Source: Candidatus Brocadiia bacterium
GTDB lineage: Bacteria > Planctomycetota > Brocadiia > SM23-32
Assembly (NCBI GenBank): GCA_046538485.1
Contig: JBKHIT010000006.1
Coordinates: forward strand, 57,016 to 121,015
Direction: 5' to 3'
DNA length: 64,000 nt
Shown here: positions 28,822-38,947 of the stretch, piece after piece
Layout: every line of letters starts with the position of its first letter
Numbering within the stretch: the stretch's first letter is position 1
Notes under the pieces: model-generated
The model's database searches: none
Told to the model about the DNA's origin: nothing
The model's input: only the letters and a program-made list of their open reading frames with translations
Made by a program: the position numbers and the translations under genes

Positions 28822-31053
28822 ATGCCTTTCATTTCTGCACTCAATCCGTTTCTGCTCTGGGGAAGCCTCGCAGTAGCCTCCCCCATCATAATTCACCTGC
28901 TGAGTAAACGGCGGTTTACCGTTCTTAACTGGGCGGCAATGGATTTTCTGCTCCAGGCGGACCAGCAGAACCGGCGACGGGTCCGGCTTGAACATCTATT
29001 GCTGCTTATTTTGAGATGCCTTTTGCTTCTGCTCATAGCAGCGCTGGTCGCCCGTCCTGTCTTCGACCCATCAGGCCTTGGTGCAGCAGGGCTCAACATG
29101 GGACGCTGCGAACATATCATTCTTCTGGACGATTCTCCCAGTATGGGTGCCCGACGAGACAATCAATCTGTATTCGACAAATCACTCAACGGTCTCACCT
29201 CTTTCCTTCAGGATCTTTCCGACCAACGCCCACAAGACAGTTTCACTCTTTTACTGACTTCCGATCCGGAACGCCCTTTTCAAAACGCCACTTCGCTTGC
29301 AAGCAAAAATCTCCCGTCTGTTATCCGTCGCGTGGAAGACCTGAAAGTGTCAGATGTAGCAGCCCATATTGACCGTGCCCTTCTGGCTCTTAAAAGTCAC
29401 ATCAGCGAAACAGAAGGGGATATTAATCGCTCCATCGTGATCATTTCTGATTTTCGAAGTCGCGACTGGTTACCCGGAGAAAAGGTTGAATCCGGACAAG
29501 GGCCACTGACCATGGTCGAGAATCTGGCCAAAACAAATCCCGACGTAAACTGGCGCATGGTCGATACTGGAAACTTCCCCGAAGACAATGTTGGCATCAC
29601 AGCCATTGATCCCCCCCGAGGGGCCATCGCCGAAAACGTACCGGCCAGATTTGAAGTTCATGTACAAAATTTCGGCCCGGCCGATGTCGATAATATAGAA
29701 GTGGTTTTCTCCAGTGGCGGGTTGATCCCCTTAAGGAGCCGCATTGATACCATACCTCCTGGAGGTGAAGAAAGTGTTCCATTTACATTTTCGTTTCAGG
29801 ATACTGGCCCAGCCCGCGTCCAGGCTGAATTGGAGAAGGATGAACTCCTCGCAGATAACATTCGCCGTTACGCCGCTGACGTGACGAAAGGGGCACGGGT
29901 GCTGCTGGTGGATGGGGAACCCGCCATGAAACCCTCGAATGCCGAGTCCTTTTATCTTCAGCGCGCTCTGGCCCCGCCCGGGGATACGGAATCCGGCTAT
30001 GTTATAAGTGTGATCTCCGGCAGCCAACTCTCCGACCATCAGTTGGATTCATACAAGCTTATCGTTCTGGCCAATGTCTTCCGGATATCGCAAGAGCTTG
30101 CGGACAAACTCAAAAAATGGGTTGCCGCGGGCGGGGGGCTGGTCTATTTCCTGGGGGATCAGGCTGACCCATCCAGCTACAACGCCGTCCACAAAGGGCA
30201 TCCGCGCCTCTTTCCCGTTACTCTTAATGAAATTTTCGGCGATCCCTCGGAAGAGAAATGGATAGGATTGAAACCCCGAGCTGTTAACCACCCCTTGTTA
30301 AAAATCTTTGCCGGCGAAAAAAATCCTCTTCTGGAGCGTGTTAAGATTTTCCGCTGGTGGGACTCCAAGTTCGACCCGAAAACCATCCCCGGAGGTACGG
30401 TCTCCGTTCTCGCCACATTCAACAATGTGGAAAAATCTCCGGCCATTTTGCAGTCAAACCTCGGGCAAGGACGAATCGCTATATTCCTGCTGCCCGCCGA
30501 TGCGGAATGGAGCACATGGGTTTCCAGTCCCTCTTACCTCGTTACGATACAAGAAATGGCCCGGCACCTCGTGCGGCCCGTCTCAGACCACAGGCAAATT
30601 GTGGCTGGACAAAACTTACGTGAACCTGTTGACCCGTCGGATTTCGTTCTCGAGGCAACAGTGACAAAACCCGATGGCGAACCCGGTGGCACACTGCAGG
30701 CTGCCCCACTAAATGACACAAACAAAATGGTTTTTCAATACCTCGACACCGCTGAGGTTGGATTTTACCGTCTGCAAAGGGAATTACGCGACGGCACCCC
30801 GGCCCCCGCGCTCTTCGCTGTCAATCTTGATCCCGACGAAGGAGATCTGGAGCACGTACCCAAAAAACGATTCGCAACTCTGAGAAAACGCTCAAATGTA
30901 GATGTCGCAAAAACATCCTCCAACCTGAAAAGCGCTGATGTAGCCAACAAGATGGAGCTCTGGAAACCTTTACTTATCGTGCTCGTGGCTGTCCTTTGCG
31001 CGGAACAGCTTCTCGGGTGGGCGTTTGGACACCGCCGCCAGTTTACAACGTAA
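28822..31053 (+). CDS. BatA N-terminal domain plus vWA membrane protein
   Basis: NPFLLWGSLAVASPIIIHLL.KRR....WAAMDFL, LLDDSPSM (MIDAS), IISDF, DNIRRY, VLLVDG and a C-terminal TM segment ELWKPLL. Confidence 0.9.
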   Translation: MPFISALNPFLLWGSLAVASPIIIHLLSKRRFTVLNWAAMDFLLQADQQNRRRVRLEHLLLLILRCLLLLLIAALVARPVFDPSGLGAAGLNMGRCEHIILLDDSPSMGARRDNQSVFDKSLNGLTSFLQDLSDQRPQDSFTLLLTSDPERPFQNATSLASKNLPSVIRRVEDLKVSDVAAHIDRALLALKSHISETEGDINRSIVIISDFRSRDWLPGEKVESGQGPLTMVENLAKTNPDVNWRMVDTGNFPEDNVGITAIDPPRGAIAENVPARFEVHVQNFGPADVDNIEVVFSSGGLIPLRSRIDTIPPGGEESVPFTFSFQDTGPARVQAELEKDELLADNIRRYAADVTKGARVLLVDGEPAMKPSNAESFYLQRALAPPGDTESGYVISVISGSQLSDHQLDSYKLIVLANVFRISQELADKLKKWVAAGGGLVYFLGDQADPSSYNAVHKGHPRLFPVTLNEIFGDPSEEKWIGLKPRAVNHPLLKIFAGEKNPLLERVKIFRWWDSKFDPKTIPGGTVSVLATFNNVEKSPAILQSNLGQGRIAIFLLPADAEWSTWVSSPSYLVTIQEMARHLVRPVSDHRQIVAGQNLREPVDPSDFVLEATVTKPDGEPGGTLQAAPLNDTNKMVFQYLDTAEVGFYRLQRELRDGTPAPALFAVNLDPDEGDLEHVPKKRFATLRKRSNVDVAKTSSNLKSADVANKMELWKPLLIVLVAVLCAEQLLGWAFGHRRQFTT

Positions 31054-31087
31054 CTTTTACATTGCGACGCCATAAATCTCATCTGAA

Positions 31088-33583
31088 ATGCTTGATCTCT
31101 GGCTCAAAATAATAGGCAAAAGTGACACACGGATCCCCGATGGAGCGAATGTCAGGTTCGTGCTGAAACATGCCCCTAAATCATGGATGGTTTTTGTGCT
31201 GGTAGCTGTTTTGCTTGCTCTACTGTACGGCGTTTGGCGTTTATACCGAAACGAAAATAATACCTGTCCAGAAAAGTGGAAAACAGTTCTCGCAACACTG
31301 CGCATTTGCGTGCTTTTGCTGGCAGCATTTATCTTCCTCGGCCCCGTTTTGACCTATTCCACTGAGAAAACAGTTGAACCCTACATCATGGTTATGCTCG
31401 ACGATTCTTTGTCCATGGCTATAAAAGATCATTATACGGATAAAAAAAGGCTGGCAATGATCGCAGAAGCCATTGAGGCCGACGAAAAAGAGCTGGAAAG
31501 TACACCGCCATCCAGAAGTGAAATTGTCGACAGACTTCTACGGCACGAAAACCATCGTTTTATACGCGAACTCGCCACCCACGGCAACGTCCGGGTTATG
31601 ACTTTCTCAGACAAACTCCGCTTGAGGGAAACCTTTGGAGCCGAAAGACCAGAAGATGTCATTGAAGAACTCGGTGCTGACAAATCGGATGTTGCCGTCG
31701 GCGCCCCCATTCCGCCACTTTCCCCAGAAGGAAAAACCACGAACATCGCCCGCGCAATCCGTGAGGCACGTCGACTGGCGGCCGGCAGGCCTCTTGCCGG
31801 CATCGTGCTGCTTTCAGATGGACAACATACCGCGGGAGGAGACCCCGGCGCCGCTGCATCCAGGGCCGCTGAACAGAAGTGCCCCATTTTCACAGTCGGA
31901 TTTGGCGACCCAAGCGAACCCATCAACCTTCGGATAGCAGACCTCTGGGCACCTGAAAATGTCTTCGCCCGCGACCCAATGCTACTCCAGACAACTGTGC
32001 AAAGCCAGGGGATTGAAACCGGGTCTGCCGTGCTGGAAATGCGGGTCAAAAATGCCGATCAAGAACCAAACGAACCAGAAGATCGGGGGACACTTGTGGA
32101 TACCAAAAACATCCCCCTCAAATCCGGGATGCAGACAATCTCGCTCAAACACACGCCGACCAAACCAGGCACCTTTATCTATTCGGTCAGCGTTTCCAAG
32201 CAGCCCAAAGAATTGCTCGAATCGGACAACTTCGCGTCGGCCGCCGTCAATGTGCTTGAGGAAAAGGTGCGCATTCTGCTCGTCTCGGGAAGCCCCTCCT
32301 GGGAATACAGGCTGGTCAAAAATCTGCTGACTCGTGATAAAACAATAGATCTCAGCTGCTGGCTCCAGACCATGTCAGCCGATATGGAACAAGGCGGCAA
32401 TACTCCCATTCAGCGTCTGCCACGAAACCGGGAAGAACTCTTGAAATACGATGCTCTCCTGATGTTCGACCCGGATCCAGCAGAATTCAATGAAAAATGG
32501 ATCGAAGAAATAAAAAACTTCATGGAAAATCACGCCGGCGGTTTCCTCTGGATGTCGGGGCCTCAGAACTCTCTCCAGTTTCTCACCCACAGTCGAACCC
32601 GTGACATTCGAGATATTTTGCCGGTTCGGTTGCAGGGACTGGAAGCCGGTATCCTTGAGGCAATGGGTACAACCCGGCAACGAGAATGGCCGCTCAAAAT
32701 CCGGCCTGAGGGCACCGACCATCCCATTCTCCAGATTAAAGACGACCCCGCAATCGTCAAACGAGTCTGGGAACGCCTCCCGGGTGTTTACTGGGCTTTC
32801 CCTGCTAAAAGTCCAAAGCCAGGTTCCCAGGTTCTTGTTGAACATACTAACCCCCGATTGCGCACCGACGAAGGTCCTGTGCCTTTACTGGTCACGGGCC
32901 AGTACGGTCCCGGCCACTCCGTGTACCTGGGATTTCAAAGCACCTGGCGCTGGCGGAAAACAGGTCTTGTGTATTTTCAAAAATTCTGGATACAAACCGT
33001 GCGTTATCTTGTCCAAGGTCGACTCGTCCGAGGTCGAACCCGCGGGCGCTTGCTCACAAATCGCGATGTGTACGCTGTGGGAGATCGCATCTCAATTACG
33101 GCTAAACTCTTTGACTCTTCTTACGACCTGTTGACACGACAAATTGTGGAAGCACGTCTGAAAGCCCCGCACCAACCAGCTCAAAAACTCCAACTGCGCT
33201 CACTTTCGGGCAAAAAAGGTCATTACCAGGCCTCTGCCATTGCGCGCCATATGGGGATGAACAAACTCGAAATCGCGCTTCAAAAACCCGATGGCAGCCC
33301 GATTTCAATTACGCGCCAATTCACTGTAGAAATGCCGAACGTCGAGTCGGCCGATCCGCGCATGAATAAAACGCTTCTCAAAGAAATCGCCCATCGATCC
33401 GGGGGAAAGTACTTTGCTCTAAATGCCATGGTGAATATAGCGGACGCAATCCCGAATCGTCAGAGAATTACTACCGTTCATGGCCGACCGATTCCGCTAT
33501 GGGATACAAGCCGAGTCTTAATTCTTTTCGTCGTTCTACTTACGCTTGAATGGTCTCTTCGCAAAAAGTTTAGATTGCTCTAA
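31088..33583 (+). CDS. vWA plus class-I glutamine amidotransferase-like membrane protein of the MoxR cluster
   Basis: N-terminal TMs, MLDDSLSM, VLLSDGQHT, PSWEYRLVKNLL.RD, GQYGPG..YLG...TWRWR and a C-terminal LEWSLRKKFRLL. Confidence 0.85.
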   Translation: MLDLWLKIIGKSDTRIPDGANVRFVLKHAPKSWMVFVLVAVLLALLYGVWRLYRNENNTCPEKWKTVLATLRICVLLLAAFIFLGPVLTYSTEKTVEPYIMVMLDDSLSMAIKDHYTDKKRLAMIAEAIEADEKELESTPPSRSEIVDRLLRHENHRFIRELATHGNVRVMTFSDKLRLRETFGAERPEDVIEELGADKSDVAVGAPIPPLSPEGKTTNIARAIREARRLAAGRPLAGIVLLSDGQHTAGGDPGAAASRAAEQKCPIFTVGFGDPSEPINLRIADLWAPENVFARDPMLLQTTVQSQGIETGSAVLEMRVKNADQEPNEPEDRGTLVDTKNIPLKSGMQTISLKHTPTKPGTFIYSVSVSKQPKELLESDNFASAAVNVLEEKVRILLVSGSPSWEYRLVKNLLTRDKTIDLSCWLQTMSADMEQGGNTPIQRLPRNREELLKYDALLMFDPDPAEFNEKWIEEIKNFMENHAGGFLWMSGPQNSLQFLTHSRTRDIRDILPVRLQGLEAGILEAMGTTRQREWPLKIRPEGTDHPILQIKDDPAIVKRVWERLPGVYWAFPAKSPKPGSQVLVEHTNPRLRTDEGPVPLLVTGQYGPGHSVYLGFQSTWRWRKTGLVYFQKFWIQTVRYLVQGRLVRGRTRGRLLTNRDVYAVGDRISITAKLFDSSYDLLTRQIVEARLKAPHQPAQKLQLRSLSGKKGHYQASAIARHMGMNKLEIALQKPDGSPISITRQFTVEMPNVESADPRMNKTLLKEIAHRSGGKYFALNAMVNIADAIPNRQRITTVHGRPIPLWDTSRVLILFVVLLTLEWSLRKKFRLL

Positions 33584-33615
33584 GTACGCGAACAGAAAGC
33601 AGATTGTGCAGAACT

Positions 33616-35766
33616 ATGTCCAGTGAATCGGCTGTCCAGAACATCCAGAAAAAGCTCGCGTCTCTACGCCGCAATATCCGATTCTGCCTGCTTCTTGAAG
33701 GTGTTTCTCACCTGCTATTAGCGGCCTTCGCGTTCGTATTCTTGAGCTTTTTCATCGATTTTTTCGGCCATATGGACCTTGCACAACGCGCCCTCATGCT
33801 CATCCTGGGCATTACTGCGCTTACCGTTGTTGCACTGCGTCGTATTGTACATCCACTGATGAACACAGTTTCCGACGATGGGCTCTGCCTGGAAATTGAA
33901 CAACGTCACAAGGAACTTCACGACGGCCTTATTACTGCAATTCAGCTCGCGCGAATTGATGACACCCGGTCATACTTCTCACCTGCCATGGTTAACAATG
34001 CTATTCGCTCGGGGACTACGGCAGCAGAGCAGGTAAACTTTGAGGACATTCTCGACAGAGAACGTCGCAATCGACATCTTTTCCTGGGCATTGGAATTAT
34101 TGCTACCTTTATACTTGTATTCCTCCTCTCGCCATCAAATACATCCCTCTGGTTCCAACGGAACATTTTCCTTCAACCAGCACAGTGGCCCCGCGAAACA
34201 ACCCTATTTGTGATGGGTAGCAAAAACGGCAAACTTGCCGTACCTGAAGGCGCCGATCTTAACCTCAGGGTTAAAGCGGATCCCGACGGAGTCATTCCCG
34301 CAGAAGTTGAACTCCATACGCGCCCCGCAGCACGCAGGCATGTGCGCACCAGCCCGATGTCACGGGTCAGCAACAATTCATTCCGTCTCACTTTCGAATC
34401 TGTTCAGAAACCGTTTGAGTTGCGTGTCCGTGGCAACGATCACAAAACTCAATGGTACAAAGTCCGGCTGTTGAAACGTCCGCGACTTGAACGGCTGCAA
34501 CTCACCGTCCTGCCACCTGAATATGTCGGGCAAGAAGAAATCGCCCTTCCCCCAGGACAAAGCGCATATCGAATCCTTACGGGAAGTGCGCTTAAAATGG
34601 AGGCGTTTTCACAAAAACAGCTCCAACAGGCTAAGTTGATGCGGGGTGAAAAAACGATTGCTGATCTAACGCTCGAAGGCAAGAAGCATTTCACTATCAC
34701 AATCCCGGGGAAAAACTTGAAAGGGGGCCGTTACAGCATCGACCTGACGGATATCTTCGATATCGGTATCGATCGACCGATGCAATTCGTCCTCCGTATC
34801 CGGCCTGACCGCAAGCCAGATGTCCGTGCCAAACTGGAAGGTATCGGGAACATGATCCTGCCCCGTGCAACTCTCCCCCTCAATGCCCGTTTTAAGGATG
34901 ATTATGCCATAACAAACGCGTGGCTTCTATGCCAGGCCAACACCGGCGATAAACAACATAAGGAAAAGCGATTGAAGCTCGGCGGACTTGCAGAAAAAAT
35001 TGCCCAGGACAAACCTGAAATCCGGCACGAATGTCGGGTCGACATCTCACAGATGAATCTCGAACCGGAAAATCACCTTTTGCTGCGCGTGCAAGCTACG
35101 GACAACGATACCATCTCTGGGCCCAAAATTGGCGATTCGAGGGTTCTCAGCCTCCGAGTGGTGACTCCCGAAGCCCTCAGAGCCGAAATCCTGCGTCGAG
35201 AACAGGACCTTCACCAACAATTCAAGCGTATTCTCAACGACCAGAAGGATCTCTACGAAACATGCCGGATCCTCCAGGCAAATATCAGCAAGGGGCAAAA
35301 AATTGGCGGCGACGAAAGCAATTCAATGGCTCGCCTTGAGAGAGGGCAACGCAAAATGGCTCGGCGCAATATTGATATTGCGGGTCAATTCCGCGGGCTT
35401 GTCGCGCAAATTCGCAACAACCACCTCGAAAAAAAAGAAGGCCCCCTCCAGACACGACTTACCAAGGAGATAATCATCCCTACCACTTCCCTGGCCCAGA
35501 AATGGGCACCTCAGGCTGCTCACCAGTTCCACCAAGCACGAGAAAATGTTGGGGATGCAGAATCTTGCCTGGAAATGCTCCAAAAATCCAAAAGGACTCA
35601 GCGCGAAATCATAGCCCGCATGCTGCAAATACAGAAAAGTATGGCAAAGTACGAAACGGTACACGAAGCGATCAATATCCTGAAAAAAATATTGCACAAA
35701 CAAAAAGAATTGAAAAAGGAAACGGAAAAGGAACGTAAAGAAAGGGAAAAATCCGTTTTTGAGTAA
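33616..35766 (+). CDS. Membrane protein with Ig-like domains and a coiled coil (DUF4175-like) of the MoxR cluster
   Basis: Three N-terminal TMs, LITAIQL, PPEYVG, PDRKPDV, DDYAI, QATDNDTISGP and a coiled-coil C-terminus. Confidence 0.75.
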   Translation: MSSESAVQNIQKKLASLRRNIRFCLLLEGVSHLLLAAFAFVFLSFFIDFFGHMDLAQRALMLILGITALTVVALRRIVHPLMNTVSDDGLCLEIEQRHKELHDGLITAIQLARIDDTRSYFSPAMVNNAIRSGTTAAEQVNFEDILDRERRNRHLFLGIGIIATFILVFLLSPSNTSLWFQRNIFLQPAQWPRETTLFVMGSKNGKLAVPEGADLNLRVKADPDGVIPAEVELHTRPAARRHVRTSPMSRVSNNSFRLTFESVQKPFELRVRGNDHKTQWYKVRLLKRPRLERLQLTVLPPEYVGQEEIALPPGQSAYRILTGSALKMEAFSQKQLQQAKLMRGEKTIADLTLEGKKHFTITIPGKNLKGGRYSIDLTDIFDIGIDRPMQFVLRIRPDRKPDVRAKLEGIGNMILPRATLPLNARFKDDYAITNAWLLCQANTGDKQHKEKRLKLGGLAEKIAQDKPEIRHECRVDISQMNLEPENHLLLRVQATDNDTISGPKIGDSRVLSLRVVTPEALRAEILRREQDLHQQFKRILNDQKDLYETCRILQANISKGQKIGGDESNSMARLERGQRKMARRNIDIAGQFRGLVAQIRNNHLEKKEGPLQTRLTKEIIIPTTSLAQKWAPQAAHQFHQARENVGDAESCLEMLQKSKRTQREIIARMLQIQKSMAKYETVHEAINILKKILHKQKELKKETEKERKEREKSVFE

Positions 35767-35889
35767 TATCCCAGAACGATTTTTCTCCAAAGAAATAAAA
35801 AGGAATTATTGAGCCCGGGACCTCGCCTTGTTACAATTAATTCGGGGGATATTACTCATCTCTGATCCAGAGTCAATTGGAGGCAGATA

Positions 35890-37839
35890 ATGAAAATCCG
35901 TTTATTGGCCGCTCTTCTGCTTGTTCTATGCATCTGGGGCGCACCGCATGGCCACCCAGGAGAGAAGGAGAAACCTGCCGAACGTCGTGACGAATCGGCG
36001 CTGGCCATTAAACAAGAAGGTGTCAGCAGCGAAATGCGTGCGCTGGAGCGGAAACTGCTCCGCCTTGTCCAGCAAGTGCGAGAAACCAATCCCGAACAAG
36101 CTGAGCGTCTTTCAATCGCCTTGAAAAAGGCACGCGAAGCTATGCTGGAAAAACGGATGGAACGAATCTCTTTTCTCCTTAACGAAGTCAATCTTGACGC
36201 AGCTGTCCACGAACAAATCGAAGTCATACAGGACCTTGTGAACTTGCTGGAAACTCTCACCAAAGAAGAGAATTATTACGACGAACTCCAAAAAAAAATC
36301 AAACAGCTGCAACAGTGGCGAAAACAGATTAACAAGCTGAGTCGTGAAGAATGGGAAGAAAAGCGAGAAAGCGAAAAATTCAGTAACCTTGCAAAGACCC
36401 AAAAACAGCTCGCCGATCAGATGGCAAGGCTTCAGGAACTAAAAAAACAGCAGAAAGAACTTGCAGATAGAACAGAACAGGCACGTAAAAGTGGAGACCA
36501 GAATTCTGGCAAACTCGCGCAACAGCAAGGGAAAATTCGGAAAGACACAGCGAAACTGACGCGAGATATCGCTGAAGCAGCCGGGCAAAAGACCGGTGAA
36601 TCAGGACCACAGAGCCGTGGGCAGTCCGTCCCTTCCCCTTCCGAAGCCCGAACACCAGAACCAGGACAACAAGACCTCACAGAAGCCACAAGACATCAGA
36701 AGACCAGCCAAAAAGAGCTATCGGACGCGAAAGCGCCCTCCGCTCACAAAAATCAAGAAAAAGCGCTCGCGGCCATGGAGAGGGCTCTCAAACAAATGAA
36801 AAGAGAAAAACAGCGACTCGACGCCCTTTCACCCGACCACAACAAGAAAATGGCGCGGAAACAACATGCGACTTCTCGCGAAACCGCCCAACTCGCAAAA
36901 AAAATGGAGTCCGCCGAGAAATCAGATTCGCCCGCAAACAGCCAGCAAAACGGCGCACAAGGTGGTCGTCACTCCGGAGCGCAATCTTCGCCGCAAAAAA
37001 GCCTTAAACACGCTCACAATTCCATGAACAGAGGATCAACAAAACTGCAGAAAAATGACGCTGGGAAAGCTGCAAGAGACCAGGGAAAAGCACATGAAGA
37101 GCTACAAAAAGCGCGTCAGGAAATCGACAAGGAGCTCCGTGAACTTCGCGAGGAACAGCGGGGGGCTCTCCTGGCTAAACTTATCGCAATGTTCCAGAAC
37201 ATGCTTGATAAACAGGTCGCCATTACGGAGCAGACCGGCACCTTACAAAAGAAAAAAAGCAGTAAAGATTGGGGGCGAACGGAGACACTCAGGTGTGCTG
37301 AACTTGGAGACGGCGAGAAGAAACTCGCAAAAATAGCACAACAGGCCCTCAAGATGATGCAAGAAAATAGTTCCCCCCTCGTCTTCTCGCAGGTGGTCAA
37401 GGGACTGATGATTGACCTGAAAACGCTCGTTAAAAGACTTCAGGCTGAAAAGACCGGACGGTTAACCCGCAGCATCCAAAAAGATGTCGAACAAACCCTG
37501 TGCGATCTCATTCAGGCGCTGGAAAAAGCTCAGGATAACCCCCCACAGGCCGACAACAAGTCCAACCAGCCACAGAATGGCCAGAGCCCCAAACCACCAC
37601 TCGTAAGTCTGCTCGCGGAGGTAAAACTGCTGCGGAACCTTCAGGGAAGAATCAACAAAAGAACACGTTCGCTCGAAAAACAGCTCCAGGGCAAAGGCAG
37701 CTCGGCTGACCTCGAACACGAGATCACAACCCTGACAGATCGTCAGAAATCTGTTTGCGAAATGGCCGAGAAGTTTCGCAAAAAACTCATGGGCCAGGCC
37801 AGGAAGAAAAAGAAAAAACAGTCAGCCCCTGAACTATAA
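35890..37839 (+). CDS. Exported long coiled-coil protein of the MoxR cluster
   Basis: Signal peptide, Q/E/K-rich heptads, low-complexity Q/G/S linkers and PLVSLLAEVKLLRNLQGRINKRT. Confidence 0.75.
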   Translation: MKIRLLAALLLVLCIWGAPHGHPGEKEKPAERRDESALAIKQEGVSSEMRALERKLLRLVQQVRETNPEQAERLSIALKKAREAMLEKRMERISFLLNEVNLDAAVHEQIEVIQDLVNLLETLTKEENYYDELQKKIKQLQQWRKQINKLSREEWEEKRESEKFSNLAKTQKQLADQMARLQELKKQQKELADRTEQARKSGDQNSGKLAQQQGKIRKDTAKLTRDIAEAAGQKTGESGPQSRGQSVPSPSEARTPEPGQQDLTEATRHQKTSQKELSDAKAPSAHKNQEKALAAMERALKQMKREKQRLDALSPDHNKKMARKQHATSRETAQLAKKMESAEKSDSPANSQQNGAQGGRHSGAQSSPQKSLKHAHNSMNRGSTKLQKNDAGKAARDQGKAHEELQKARQEIDKELRELREEQRGALLAKLIAMFQNMLDKQVAITEQTGTLQKKKSSKDWGRTETLRCAELGDGEKKLAKIAQQALKMMQENSSPLVFSQVVKGLMIDLKTLVKRLQAEKTGRLTRSIQKDVEQTLCDLIQALEKAQDNPPQADNKSNQPQNGQSPKPPLVSLLAEVKLLRNLQGRINKRTRSLEKQLQGKGSSADLEHEITTLTDRQKSVCEMAEKFRKKLMGQARKKKKKQSAPEL

Positions 37840-37876
37840 AAGCTCCAATACAAAGAATCCATTACGGGAGAATTAA

Positions 37877-38944
37877 ATGCGGATTTATATAACAATCGTA
37901 CTGGTTGCCGCCCTGATAGTAACAACATCAGTCCAATCCCAGGAGAAAGACACCGGAACCACTAAAGCAATCTCCACAAAGCGAGCAGTAGAAAACTTCA
38001 TACAGTGGGCAAACCATCAACAAGACATTGGCCCGGAAACAAAGGCAAAAATTCAGCAACTGTACGATTCCGCTGGGCCGAAAGGCGATCCCGACCTCAT
38101 CGTTCGGGCTCTGACACTAATTCGGCCAGAATTTCACAAAGCCCTCCGGAATCTTAACAGTGAGAAGACGGAGAAGGCCATCGGGTTGCTCAAGCCATTA
38201 ATCAAATCCAAAAACTCTTACCTGGAATCGAACGCCCGCTTTTTTCTCGCGAGAGGCCGTATGCAACAGGAGAATTACGAAAAAGCCGCCAAACTCCTAA
38301 AACATCTCGCCCAAGAAGATCCACCTCATACGCAATATAAACCACATAGCTTGTTCCGGCTTGCGATCTGCCAGCTGCATCTTTTGCAAAGGGAAAAAGC
38401 GCTGGAATCAATAAGCACATTCCTTCGCAATTATCCCCACGCTCCGAGCTGGCACCGAGAGCGCGCTAAACTGGTCTTTGTTCAACTCATGACATACCCC
38501 GAAGGAGGCTTAAAAGAAGTTTGCGACCTGATGAAATACAGTCGTCGTCGTTTGAAACTGGATCAGCTCGACGAAACAACTCAAAAACGTCAGCAAAGGA
38601 TTGTTGAGATATTGGATAAAATTATTGAAAAAGCCCAAAAGCAACAGGGTCAGAGTGGAGGCGGAGGGCAAGGTAGCGGTCAGGGCATTGTACAATCAGG
38701 CGGTAGCGGTGCCCCTTCGGGAAATGCAACACCCTCATCCCCTGCCAACCAGTCACAACTCCCGGGCGGATCGTCAAGCATGGGACAGCTCGGACGCGAA
38801 GTGAGAGGAGATCCAGCTGAAACCTGGGGAAACATGCCGCCAAAAGAACGAGAAAAAGCACTTTCCCACCTGAAATCAAAGTTTCCGGACCGATATCGAG
38901 ATCTCGTCGAGCAATACTACAAAAGCCTTCAGGAAGAGGAATAA
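37877..38944 (+). CDS. Exported TPR protein with a G/S/Q linker and a conserved-looking C-terminal helix
   Basis: Signal peptide, TPR-like ARFFLARG...YEKAAKLL, QQRIVEILDKIIE and WGNMPPKERE...FPDRYRDLVEQYYKSL. Confidence 0.78.
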   Translation: MRIYITIVLVAALIVTTSVQSQEKDTGTTKAISTKRAVENFIQWANHQQDIGPETKAKIQQLYDSAGPKGDPDLIVRALTLIRPEFHKALRNLNSEKTEKAIGLLKPLIKSKNSYLESNARFFLARGRMQQENYEKAAKLLKHLAQEDPPHTQYKPHSLFRLAICQLHLLQREKALESISTFLRNYPHAPSWHRERAKLVFVQLMTYPEGGLKEVCDLMKYSRRRLKLDQLDETTQKRQQRIVEILDKIIEKAQKQQGQSGGGGQGSGQGIVQSGGSGAPSGNATPSSPANQSQLPGGSSSMGQLGREVRGDPAETWGNMPPKEREKALSHLKSKFPDRYRDLVEQYYKSLQEEE

Positions 38945-38947
38945 CCT

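Noticed and set aside
33616..37839. Possible single split gene or programmed frameshift between the two coiled-coil genes
   Set aside because: The second gene has its own GGAGG RBS and signal peptide after a 123-nt gap, so these are two ordinary genes.
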